DNA of 63,839 nt, the filler included. It is 9 parts of 9 records of this genome, joined end to end, with 100 filler letters (N's around TTAATTAATTAA, not from the genome) between each part and the next. Parts side by side here need not be neighbours in the genome. Positions count along the whole stretch, not along the records: positions 31,335 to 36,821 come from SRR31156797_48946; positions 36,922 to 42,120 come from SRR31156797_49007; 7 more parts are not named here. The stretch is one strand, 5' to 3'. How positions within the stretch are numbered: position 1 is the stretch's first letter; every line of letters begins with the position of its first letter. Shown piece by piece: positions 33,191 to 42,220 of the stretch. Position numbers and translations under genes: made by a program. The notes beneath the pieces were generated by a model. That model saw only the letters and a list, made by a program, of their open reading frames with translations. It was not told the origin of the DNA and made no database searches.

Positions 33191-33571
33191 ATGAGCGTAT
33201 CTAAACATGGACTGTCAATAGGTCTACAAAGAACAAATACTAAGCTATATCTTTATTTAAAGGCAATAGGTACCCTAACCCACCAAGACTATCAAACAAT
33301 CACTCCTATGATTGAAAATGCGTTAAAAGAGATAAATGAACCAAAAATAAAAGCACTAATAGATTGTAGTGAATTAAAAGGTTGGGAACTACAAGCTACA
33401 TGGGATGATTTAAAACTTGGATTAAAACATGGTAATGAGTTTGATAAAGTTGCTATTATTACAAATAAAACTTGGATAGAAGTTGGTGCAAAAGTATCTT
33501 CTTGGTTTATAAGTGGTCAAATAAAGACCTTTGAAAAAGAAGATGATGCAATAAGATGGTTAAGTAAATAA
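33191..33571 (+). CDS. SpoIIAA-like (STAS/SEC14) domain protein
   Basis: GTLTHQDY; GWELQATWDDLKLG; KVAII; A..WL C-terminus. Confidence 0.85.
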   Translation: MSVSKHGLSIGLQRTNTKLYLYLKAIGTLTHQDYQTITPMIENALKEINEPKIKALIDCSELKGWELQATWDDLKLGLKHGNEFDKVAIITNKTWIEVGAKVSSWFISGQIKTFEKEDDAIRWLSK

Positions 33572-33594
33572 AAGAGGAAATCCTCTTTTATTTT
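33566..33594. terminator. Bidirectional terminator between convergent genes
   Basis: AAATAAAAGAGGA-aa-TCCTCTTTTATTT. Confidence 0.7.
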
Positions 33595-33603
33595 AAATTA
33601 TAT

Positions 33604-34182
33604 TTATTTAGCTAAGTTTTCTGCTACAAAGTTCCAGTTAACTAAAGCCCAGAAGTTTTCTAAGTATGCTGGTCTTGCATTTCTTACGTCGATATAGTAT
33701 GCGTGCTCCCACACATCACATGTTAATAATGGAGTTACTCCAGAAGTTACAGGAGTAGCTGCATTTGAAGTAGAAACGATTTCTAACTTACCTTCTGCAT
33801 TTTTAACAAGCCAAGTCCAACCTGAACCAAAGTTATTAACTGCTGCATTTGTAAACTCTTCTTTAAATCCATCTACAGAACCAAAAGTTTCTGTTAATGC
33901 TGCTTCTACATTTGCTGGAATCTCAGAACCATTTGGAGTTAATCCATTCCAAAAGAAATCATGATTTAAAACTTGAGCAGCGTTATTAAATACACCACCT
34001 TCAGAACTCTTTACAATCTCTTCTAAAGAAAGATTTTCAAATTTAGTTCCCTCAATAAGACCATTTAATTTTGTAACATATGTTTGGTGGTGCTTACCAT
34101 AATGGAACTCTAAAGTCTCTTTTGACATTTGTGGCTCTAAAGCATCTAGTTCATATGGTAATTTCATTAATTCGTGTTTCAT
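33604..34182 (-). CDS. sodB: Fe superoxide dismutase
   Basis: [27 protein letters not shown]. Confidence 0.95.
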   Translation of the reverse strand: MKHELMKLPYELDALEPQMSKETLEFHYGKHHQTYVTKLNGLIEGTKFENLSLEEIVKSSEGGVFNNAAQVLNHDFFWNGLTPNGSEIPANVEAALTETFGSVDGFKEEFTNAAVNNFGSGWTWLVKNAEGKLEIVSTSNAATPVTSGVTPLLTCDVWEHAYYIDVRNARPAYLENFWALVNWNFVAENLAK

Positions 34183-34266
34183 TTATAATCCTTTTAAAAT
34201 ATTTTATCTGTACAAGTATAATACAAAATTAACTTAAAAAGAAATTAATAAAAATTATGTAGATTT

Positions 34267-34297
34267 TCTAATTAAGACAAAAATTGTCTTAATTAGA
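34267..34297. terminator. Perfect 14-bp inverted repeat, probable terminator of the 34309-34902 gene
   Basis: TCTAATTAAGACAA-aaa-TTGTCTTAATTAGA. Confidence 0.5.
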
Positions 34298-34308
34298 TTA
34301 ATGTGAGC

Positions 34309-34902
34309 TTATATATTATTTAGTGAGTTAAATAGTGGTTGTAGTGCTTTTTTCTTTTCTTCTTCTGTCATAGAACCATCTAAAGCACCCTCTTTTACTT
34401 GACCTTCATAAAGTTTTGAAATTGCTCCCTCTTTTGAAACAACAAATGCAACAAACTTTGTTTTTGAATTATCAACTACATTTAAAGTATTTACCATATC
34501 ACCTTCAAAGTCATAAATCATAGGAACATTTGAACCTTCATTTAATTCTTCAAGTTTACCAGGGATAAACATCTTTTTTACAAACCAAGGTGCAGCAGAA
34601 ATATTTGCAACCATGATATATGGAGTTTTTAATTCAAAGTAGTTTGGTAACTCTTTTACTACTGATAAAGAATCATGATTACCAACAACAACTAAAGTCT
34701 TTTCACCTTTTTTAATAAGGTCTTCTTTTTTAACTTTATCTTCTTTTCCTACAATTTCAAAAACCGAAGGTAAAGAATCATACTTTACAATATTAACTAC
34801 ATTTTCATTTGCTACAATCTGTTTTGGTTTCTCTGCTGTAAAGAAAACAAGTAGAGCAAAACCAACTAAACCTAAAAAAATCACTTTTAATAAATTTGCC
34901 AT
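34309..34902 (-). CDS. Hypothetical membrane-anchored periplasmic protein
   Basis: N-terminal TM helix; VANISAAPWFVKKMF; AGGA RBS. Confidence 0.7.
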   Translation of the reverse strand: MANLLKVIFLGLVGFALLVFFTAEKPKQIVANENVVNIVKYDSLPSVFEIVGKEDKVKKEDLIKKGEKTLVVVGNHDSLSVVKELPNYFELKTPYIMVANISAAPWFVKKMFIPGKLEELNEGSNVPMIYDFEGDMVNTLNVVDNSKTKFVAFVVSKEGAISKLYEGQVKEGALDGSMTEEEKKKALQPLFNSLNNI

Positions 34903-34958
34903 TTTAGTCCTTCCTAAAAAAATTCACAAGATAATATCAATATAAAATTAATGATTTA

Positions 34959-36125
34959 TTAAAATAATTTTTTAACCCATCTTTTAAATAATCTATGTGT
35001 AGAAATCTCCACATTCAAAAAATTATTTTTTTCTATTTTATCAACTAACTTTTTTGCTAAATAAGGTGATAAAACATATCCTCTTCCACCTACACCATTT
35101 AATACATATAAGTTATCAATTGTACTAATCATCTCATCTTTAATATGAGAACCATTTTTTAAATGAGGAAACTCTTCTAATGTTTTTTTAGAATCAACAA
35201 GTTTTCCAACCATTGGAAAATAATCAACACTAGAAGCTCTTGGTCCAATCTTAACATCAACAACTTTTGGTTCATGTATAAGTTTTATATCATTTGCTTT
35301 TTCTAGTAGCTCTTCAGTATTACTCTTCACAAGCTCTTTTGTATAAGTATCATGCTCGATATCACTTAACTCTTTTTTTCTTAGACAACAGTTACAAACC
35401 CTTAAATCACAATCTATTCTATTATGTGTAGCACCAATTGATGTTAAATAAGTATTTTTATCTTCAAGCTTCGTTGAATGAGAAAGTGAACAAGCCTTAT
35501 GGTAGTTTTTAGATATACAAGTTGTAGATTCTATATCTATCTTTTGACCCCACACTGCTCTTATGTTAAAATATTTTTCTTCTATTAATGAAACATCTGC
35601 ACCAGTACAAATAATCAAGTTTTCTGCTTTTGTTTCATTATTTATAAGCCAAAAACCATTCTCTTTTTTATAACTTTTAACTTCATATTTAAACTTTTTT
35701 TCTATATCTTTTGCTAATATTTTACAGATATTATATGAGTTAACTTGTGAACCAATTTCAAAAAAATACCCCTTCTCTTCTTGAGAAAATTCAAAATCCA
35801 TATAGGGTTTATAACTTTGAAATTTTTCTTCATCTTCGTTATTTTTTGGTATCCTAACGACTCCACAATTAGTAATTTCTTTAGGGGTAATTTCTTTATA
35901 AAACTCTGTTGAAAACTTTAAAGCTTCAGTAACTAAGTCTTTAAATTTATTTGGTTTTCCTAATAAAGGAGAAAGAAATGCTCCTGCAGCTCCACTTGCT
36001 CCTTGTGCTAAATCACAATTTCTATCTATAAGTAAAATCGATTTACTATGTTTAGATAGAAAATAAGCAGTACTACATCCTGCAATTCCTGCTCCAATAA
36101 TTACATATTTATAGGTTTTATTCAT
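34959..36125 (-). CDS. FAD-dependent oxidoreductase, DAO family, resembling a stand-alone MnmC1 domain
   Basis: IIGAGIAG; AQGASGAAGA; RASSVDYFPMVG; GVGGRG. Confidence 0.75.
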   Translation of the reverse strand: MNKTYKYVIIGAGIAGCSTAYFLSKHSKSILLIDRNCDLAQGASGAAGAFLSPLLGKPNKFKDLVTEALKFSTEFYKEITPKEITNCGVVRIPKNNEDEEKFQSYKPYMDFEFSQEEKGYFFEIGSQVNSYNICKILAKDIEKKFKYEVKSYKKENGFWLINNETKAENLIICTGADVSLIEEKYFNIRAVWGQKIDIESTTCISKNYHKACSLSHSTKLEDKNTYLTSIGATHNRIDCDLRVCNCCLRKKELSDIEHDTYTKELVKSNTEELLEKANDIKLIHEPKVVDVKIGPRASSVDYFPMVGKLVDSKKTLEEFPHLKNGSHIKDEMISTIDNLYVLNGVGGRGYVLSPYLAKKLVDKIEKNNFLNVEISTHRLFKRWVKKLF

Positions 36126-36129
36126 TTTA

Positions 36130-36447
36130 TTAATTCATCTCTTCTAATAATTGATAGTTTGGTCGCCAATAACCTCTTCCACCTCTTAGACTAACACATT
36201 TGTAATCAGGGAATTTATTTCTATAGTAGTTTAGTCTCTCTTTAGTTGTTTTTCCAGTATCACAGTAAAAGACAAATACACTGCCTTTTGGATAATCATT
36301 CATCTCATAAGGGTTATAAGTTATTGTCTCAATCTTTTCTAAGGGTTTTAAAACTGTATCAATAAGTACAACTTTAATACCTTGTTTATCTAACTCTTTT
36401 GTATATTTAAACAGCTCTTGCTGTGTCCATTCATCTTTTTCAAACAT
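36130..36447 (-). CDS. Small rhodanese-like protein
   Basis: VFVFYCDTG active-site-like loop; SLRGG..W motif. Confidence 0.65.
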   Translation of the reverse strand: MFEKDEWTQQELFKYTKELDKQGIKVVLIDTVLKPLEKIETITYNPYEMNDYPKGSVFVFYCDTGKTTKERLNYYRNKFPDYKCVSLRGGRGYWRPNYQLLEEMN

Positions 36448-36498
36448 AGGTGAATCATTACTAAAATATGATTAAAAACTCTTAAAACTCTATTTTTC

Positions 36499-36586
36499 AT
36501 TTAGCACTTATGACTCAAGTTAAACTATTTTGTAAATAAACTTGATTGACTTTGACTCAAGTTTATGCTAAAATATCTATTATAAT
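36499..36586 (+). promoter_or_regulatory. HspR operator(s) (HAIR) and promoter of cbpA
   Basis: CTTGATT-N7-ACTCAAG at 36541-36561 (consensus CTTGAGT-N7-ACTCAAG); second ACTCAAG arm at 36513-36519; TGcTAAAAT at 36566-36574; TATAAT at 36581-36586. Confidence 0.75.
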
Positions 36587-36598
36587 TTATAGATTTTA

Positions 36599-36719
36599 TG
36601 TTCTTCTTAAAGGGATATAAGAGCAAATCTTTTGCTCTCTTTAGAATTTGCTTCTTTAGATGGAGTTTATCTCCAACGTTAAAAGAAGTTAAATATGATG
36701 GTCCCTTTTAATTAGAACA
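36599..36719 (+). ncRNA. Candidate structured 5' leader (multibranch) upstream of cbpA
   Basis: Closing stem plus two internal hairpins found by eye; no family assigned. Confidence 0.4.
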
Positions 36720-36734
36720 ATTAAAAGGTTGAAA

Positions 36735-36821
36735 ATGGCAAAAAGTTTATACGAAACATTAGAAGTTAGTGAAAATGCTAGCGCTGATGAAATTAAAAAA
36801 GCATATAGAAAATTAGCAAGA
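36735..36821 (+). CDS. cbpA: DnaJ-class co-chaperone CbpA, first 29 codons (3' cut by contig edge)
   Basis: Hand translation MAKSLYETLEVSENASADEIKKAYRKLAR is a J-domain start; AAAGG RBS; absent from the ORF track. Confidence 0.8.
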
Positions 36822-36921
36822 NNNNNNNNNNNNNNNNNNNNNNNNNNNNNNNNNNNNNNNNNNNNTTAATTAATTAANNNNNNNNNNNNNNNNNNNNNNN
36901 NNNNNNNNNNNNNNNNNNNNN
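36822..36921. other. Artificial contig spacer 5
   Basis: N44-TTAATTAATTAA-N44. Confidence 0.99.
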
Positions 36922-39024
36922 CCAGGTTGTCTGCATCAAACCAAGTGAATCTTTATCGCCGGCAGCCGAGGCAAAATTGATGATATTGCCGGGCCGATCC
37001 CACGTACAGGCAATTGTCTGAAGACCGGCATCATGGAACAGTTCAAGACTCGTGTATTTCTCCGGCGCAGCTGCTACGTAGTGCCAGTCCGCCACGATAA
37101 TATCCTTGGGCAGCCATGTACGAACTTCGAGAGATTTTTCTGCCGTGTGACCATGACCCGCATCCGGCACTTCGCCAGGTCCGAGCATCATATCTCCCCA
37201 CATCATGGTCTGAATCCCCCGCTCTTTGAGCCAGGTGTAGAGTTTCATCGTGTCCATCTTGAACAATTCATGGACTGTGTATTTCTTGCTTTCTTCGCGA
37301 TGCGGATATTCACCACGGTGATCAAACTCATCGTGTCCGATATGGAATACTCTCGGGTGAAACAGCTCGATGGTTTCTTCATAAATCTTGAACAATACCT
37401 CGTACGTTCGAGGATTGGTAACGCAATATGCCCATTTTGCGGATGGATCTTCGCAGATATCCAGGTTCTGTTCGTTGGTAAACAACCACTGAGCATGCCC
37501 TAGCGACATAACCAGGGGGATCAGTTCCAGTCCCTGCTCCTGGCAGACATCATAGATCCGTTTAGCCTCTTTTTTACTCATCCCGCGTTCAGGATGATGA
37601 ATTTTCGGCTGCGAATCCCAGTTGATGTATTCACACTGAAGCACGAGGGTATTCATCTTCAATCCACTGATCACTTTGCGAATCAAGTCCGAATGCAGAT
37701 CGGCTCCCTTGTTCCCCGTGAACAGGTGAATTCCCCGGAAAGGCAGGTCGGGCCAGTCACGGATCAATACGCTCTGAAGAACAGCACTGCCATCAGGACC
37801 AAACACAATCATCTGCTTCAATGTCTGGATTGCGTACAAGCAACCGTTCGCATCAGCGGCTCGAACCAGGATCTTTGTTGGTGATACTTCGAGTTCGTAT
37901 CCTTCCGCTCTTCCGCCATTAACTTTTGGATCAATGGTTACCACCAACCCAACATCGGGAACCGGTTCACCCGGTTGAATCATCTGGGGTTTTCCGACCA
38001 GGTAGCCGCCCCACCGCTTCATCTCGGCCAGCCCATACTGAACTGAAGCCTTTGCATGTGCCGCCGCGGAAAGATCTGTCGGGCTACCCGTCCATGTCCA
38101 TGCCATGGGAACAGGACCGATCGGATACCCGCCTTCGCGAAGAAGTACCTGCTTGGGTTTGGGAATAATCGTCAGTTCAGAAGCATCCGGCAGAACTTTC
38201 GCAAGAGGATCATCCGTTGTTTCTACGGAAAACGTTTTGCTCTCAGCGGCAGAATCTGCCTTGGGAGGCAGTGGGATCGTGTACGTTATATTGCAGACAA
38301 GCTGCTTTGCTTTATCGAAGTGAGTACCCGGAATACCAAACCAGAAGAACGGATGGTTCAGTTCCGCCCAACGACTTTTCCTGAAATCATAAAGCTTGAA
38401 AGCAATGTCCGAGTCGACGTCAATCCGGATGGGACCAATCCTGGAATCAAACGTAACCGATTCGAAGTTGTATCCAATGGTTGCTTTGTCTTCAATTTCG
38501 GGGGGACTCGGAATCACCGGGACTCTCCCCTTCTTTTCGCTGCCGTTTTTTAAGCTCACCTCATAGGGCCGGTTGATAATCAGCGTGGGATTGATTTTCG
38601 CTGTCCACCATTCAATCAGCGCTTTTTCATCATCACCGGTGTATTTCCCCTTGAAGGAGTGTTTGATGACGCCGGTTTCTTTGATGACATATTCTTCGAT
38701 GCCTTCGAACGAATCGTTCTGGCCATGAAGAGCAATACTGACTTTCTGGCCCCCATCAACCTCTTCAACAGTTGCCGTTTTCAGATCCGCCGCATCGAAA
38801 CCGAGGTAATGGTGCGGTGACCATGGTGGAGTCGTAATAATCATAGCACTGCCTGTGATCACCGGAGTCTGCCCGGAGTAAATCTGCACCCCTTTATTCC
38901 ATGGGTGGAACTCAACGCGAATATCACCAGCCGTCACGCGGATCGGCAGCGTCTGTTCTGCAGCCGGAAGCTCCGATGCCAGAGTGGCAACAAAACACAG
39001 TGTCAGGGCAACAATTTGTTTCAT
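36922..39024 (-). CDS. Secreted GH20 beta-N-acetylhexosaminidase-like protein (3' cut by contig edge)
   Basis: Signal peptide; IIPKPK...EGYELEV...IRDWPDLPFRG (GH20b domain); SLGHAQW; FHIGHDE catalytic DE; MWGDM. Confidence 0.88.
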
Positions 39025-39199
39025 GGGTGCAATGTCCTCCTCATCATTCAGTCCTGGTATGTCATATCAGCACGAGACTACGGACCATACCGCAAGCCGC
39101 GAAACACGACAACCAGAAGAGGCGAACCGAATGCCTGAATATGCAAAATGAATGCAGTTCAATTATGAGGTTATAGACTGAACTGGTTCAGAGAACTGA

Positions 39200-40195
39200 T
39201 TAATTCAAAAAGGCTTCCATCCGATCGGCCATCCCTACTGTACCGATGGTAACCAGTATGTCCCCTTCGCACAGCAGATCGTCCGGTTCCGGGCTGAAAA
39301 TGGTCGTACCATCAGCCCGTTTGATCGCGACAACCATCGCTCGTGTCACTTTTCGGAAATCAACCTGCCGTAGAGACTTGCCAGCCAGGCGACTCTGTGG
39401 CCCGACGACATGTTCGTTAATCTCGAGCTCGACACCCTTGGCAGCCACTTCTACCCACTCCGTCAGGTGTGGACGGGCGATCAGATTCGCGATTCTCATG
39501 GCTCCAATAGTATGCGGGCAGACAACACTGGTCGCGCCACCGCGAAGTAGTTTTTTTTCCGCTTCAGGATTCTCGGCACGGGCGATGATCCGCATATCGG
39601 GCCGTAGATCTCTGGCGGACATGGCGACATAAAGATTATCTGCATCTGATGGCAACGTCGCCACGAGAATCGATGCCCTCATGATCCCGGCTTTCAGAAG
39701 AGCCTCGTCCTCCGTCGCATCGTCGATGATATAGGGAAAGCGACGTTCATCCAGCTCCCGAGACAAGGCTTCTGAATTCTCGACGACCACAACATCTTTG
39801 CCTTGTTCGACAAGGCTCTTCACAGCCATGGATCCCATACGCCCGAATCCGCATACGATCACATGGTCGTCCAGATTGTCAATTGCTGATTGCATGCGTG
39901 TCCTTTCTCGCAAAGCACGGAGTTCCCCGTCGATCACCATGGATACCATCATCGAAATGGCCATAGAGCCGGCCGATACACCACCAACAATAATCAATGC
40001 CGTCCAGAGCCGCCCCGCCCCGGAAAGTTCGCCGATCGTCTCGGAAAAACCGACCGTTGATACCGTAATGATTGTCATGTACGCCGCATCAGTAATCGAG
40101 ACATCGTCCTCAATAATCACATATCCGGTCGTCCCAATGAGGAAAACGACAACCAGCAGCATGATTGATAAGATTAGCTTTCTTTTCGTGGACAA
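39200..40195 (-). CDS. Two-TM potassium channel with RCK (TrkA-N/TrkA-C) domains
   Basis: TVSTVGFSE pore; VCGFGRMG; IIARA; VVAIKR. Confidence 0.9.
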   Translation of the reverse strand: MSTKRKLILSIMLLVVVFLIGTTGYVIIEDDVSITDAAYMTIITVSTVGFSETIGELSGAGRLWTALIIVGGVSAGSMAISMMVSMVIDGELRALRERTRMQSAIDNLDDHVIVCGFGRMGSMAVKSLVEQGKDVVVVENSEALSRELDERRFPYIIDDATEDEALLKAGIMRASILVATLPSDADNLYVAMSARDLRPDMRIIARAENPEAEKKLLRGGATSVVCPHTIGAMRIANLIARPHLTEWVEVAAKGVELEINEHVVGPQSRLAGKSLRQVDFRKVTRAMVVAIKRADGTTIFSPEPDDLLCEGDILVTIGTVGMADRMEAFLN

Positions 40196-40356
40196 TGATT
40201 TCTTCCTGTCCGATAGAATATTCAGGCAGCGGTATTTGCTTCCGCGTACTATAGAAGGAAAAATACCCGTTGGCTATGGCAGAAAACGGTGGTATTATGA
40301 AGGAACTCGGGAGCCATCCCAGACGGAATGCGGTCCCGGAATGAAGGAGGATTACC

Positions 40357-40569
40357 ATGGCAAAAAGTCGCGATGATCAAGGGAAACGTTTTCACTCCAA
40401 GAGAGAAAACGAAGAAAACTACCAGAAACAGCTTCCGGGCGAAGATGAAGTGGAATTGCCACCTCCGGTCGAACCGATTAAAGGAAGCGACGGAAAGGTT
40501 CAGCGGAATGATCCCTGCCCTTGCGGTAGTGGGAAAAAGTACAAAAAGTGCTGCGGCAAGGATGAATAA
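40357..40569 (+). CDS. Small SEC-C motif protein
   Basis: [26 protein letters not shown]. Confidence 0.8.
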   Translation: MAKSRDDQGKRFHSKRENEENYQKQLPGEDEVELPPPVEPIKGSDGKVQRNDPCPCGSGKKYKKCCGKDE

Positions 40570-40625
40570 CTCATTCCCGGCCGAACGGTGAAACTACGTT
40601 ACCCCCAGTGGATAGAACTGCCTGA

Positions 40626-41297
40626 ATGTCAACACGTTTTGAAACCAGCCTGAAAGATGTCATTCTTCCCTGGGGTATTCTGCCGAGCGAAGAACAGTTT
40701 CTCCAGCTCAGAAACTATTTTGGAGCCGTCCTGGAGACCAATGCCCAGATCAATCTCACCCGAATTACGGATCCGGCTGAGGCCGCAATCAAGCTGTTCG
40801 CAGATTCCCTGAGCGTTGTGGCCTGGGCAGAGAAGAAACAACTCTCCATTCGACACATGATCGACGGCGGAACCGGTGCTGGCTTCCCTGCCGCCCCGGT
40901 TGCAATCCTTCATCCGAACTGGAAGATAGATGCTGTTGATTCCACCGCTAAGAAAATCAATTTCGTTGACCAGGCAGCATCAGCGTTGGGGATCACAAAC
41001 CTCAAAGCCTCCCATACCCGTATCGAATATCTGCGTCCAGAACCCCGGTACGACCTGGTCACGTTCAAGGCAGTCGGCCCGATTGCCAGTTGTCTTCGCT
41101 GGGCTCAGCATGTCGTTGCCTTTGATGGCCATGTCATCCTGTTCAAGACCACGGATCTGACGAAAGAAGAAGAGCAGCAAGGGCAGGAAACAGCTCGACG
41201 AGTCGGATATACCGAAGTCGATCCATATGAGTATACGCTGCACTGGGCAGACGAAACCATGTACCGTGTACTACGCATCTTCCGCCGTACAGGGTAA
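40626..41297 (+). CDS. rsmG: 16S rRNA m7G527 methyltransferase
   Basis: NAQINLTRI; DSL; DGGTGAGFP; DSTAKK..F. Confidence 0.85.
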   Translation: MSTRFETSLKDVILPWGILPSEEQFLQLRNYFGAVLETNAQINLTRITDPAEAAIKLFADSLSVVAWAEKKQLSIRHMIDGGTGAGFPAAPVAILHPNWKIDAVDSTAKKINFVDQAASALGITNLKASHTRIEYLRPEPRYDLVTFKAVGPIASCLRWAQHVVAFDGHVILFKTTDLTKEEEQQGQETARRVGYTEVDPYEYTLHWADETMYRVLRIFRRTG

Positions 41298-41326
41298 GAC
41301 TACCCGTTTGTTCTGAAAGTGGTAAG

Positions 41327-42120
41327 TTACAGATTCTGCAGGCGCTGTTCAGTATCATACGTTTGCAAAGCTTGGACCAACTCGTCGATTTCTCCCTGCA
41401 TAAACTTTTCCAGCGAGTGCAACGAAACATTGATCCGATGATCCGTTACGCGATTTTGCGGAAAGTTGTATGTTCGGATTCGCTGCGAGCGGTCACCACT
41501 GCCGACCATGGTCTTTCGCATGTTGTCACGTTCTGATGTTCGCTGGCTCATTTCGTGATCATACAGGCGGGTCATCATGATCCGGCGAGCCTTGGCACGG
41601 TTCTTGTGCTGGGATTTTTCGTCCCGCATGGAGACGGAGATTCCGGTCTCCTTATGCTTCAGCAGAATCGCCGAAGACACCTTATTCACGTTCTGCCCAC
41701 CTGGACCACCAGAGCGGGAGACGTGCTCCTCTACATCTTTATCCCAATCGATTTCGATGTTGATTTCTTCCGGCTCCGGCAGAACCGCAACGGTTGCAGC
41801 AGAAGTATGGATTCGTCCCTGGGCTTCTGTTTCAGGAACTCGCTGTACCCGGTGCCCCCCACTTTCATATCCAAGACACCGATATACCCCTTCGCCCTTG
41901 ATATTCAGAACGACTTCCTTCATACCACCAAGATCTGCTGCGGACTGATCCAGCACTTCAACTTTGAAGCCTTTTTTCTCACAATACCGCAAATACATTT
42001 CATACAGATCCCGTGCGAACAGGGCTGCTTCATCGCCTCCAGTTCCGGAGCGGATTTCTACAATGACCGAACTGATGGCCGCGTCATCGTCCGTCACCAG
42101 GAGAGTCTTGAGGTGATCCA
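41327..42120 (-). CDS. prfA: Peptide chain release factor 1, C-terminal part (5' cut by contig edge)
   Basis: GTGGDEAALF; HRVQRVPETE (PxT); GGQ; RIRTYNFPQNRVTDHR. Confidence 0.95.
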
Positions 42121-42220
42121 NNNNNNNNNNNNNNNNNNNNNNNNNNNNNNNNNNNNNNNNNNNNTTAATTAATTAANNNNNNNNNNNNNNNNNNNNNNNN
42201 NNNNNNNNNNNNNNNNNNNN
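42121..42220. other. Artificial contig spacer 6
   Basis: N44-TTAATTAATTAA-N44. Confidence 0.99.

Noticed and set aside
36501-36527. TTAGCACT as a CIRCE (HrcA) element
   Set aside because: There is no GAGTGCTAA arm after a 9-nt spacer; the site fits a HAIR-like operator better.
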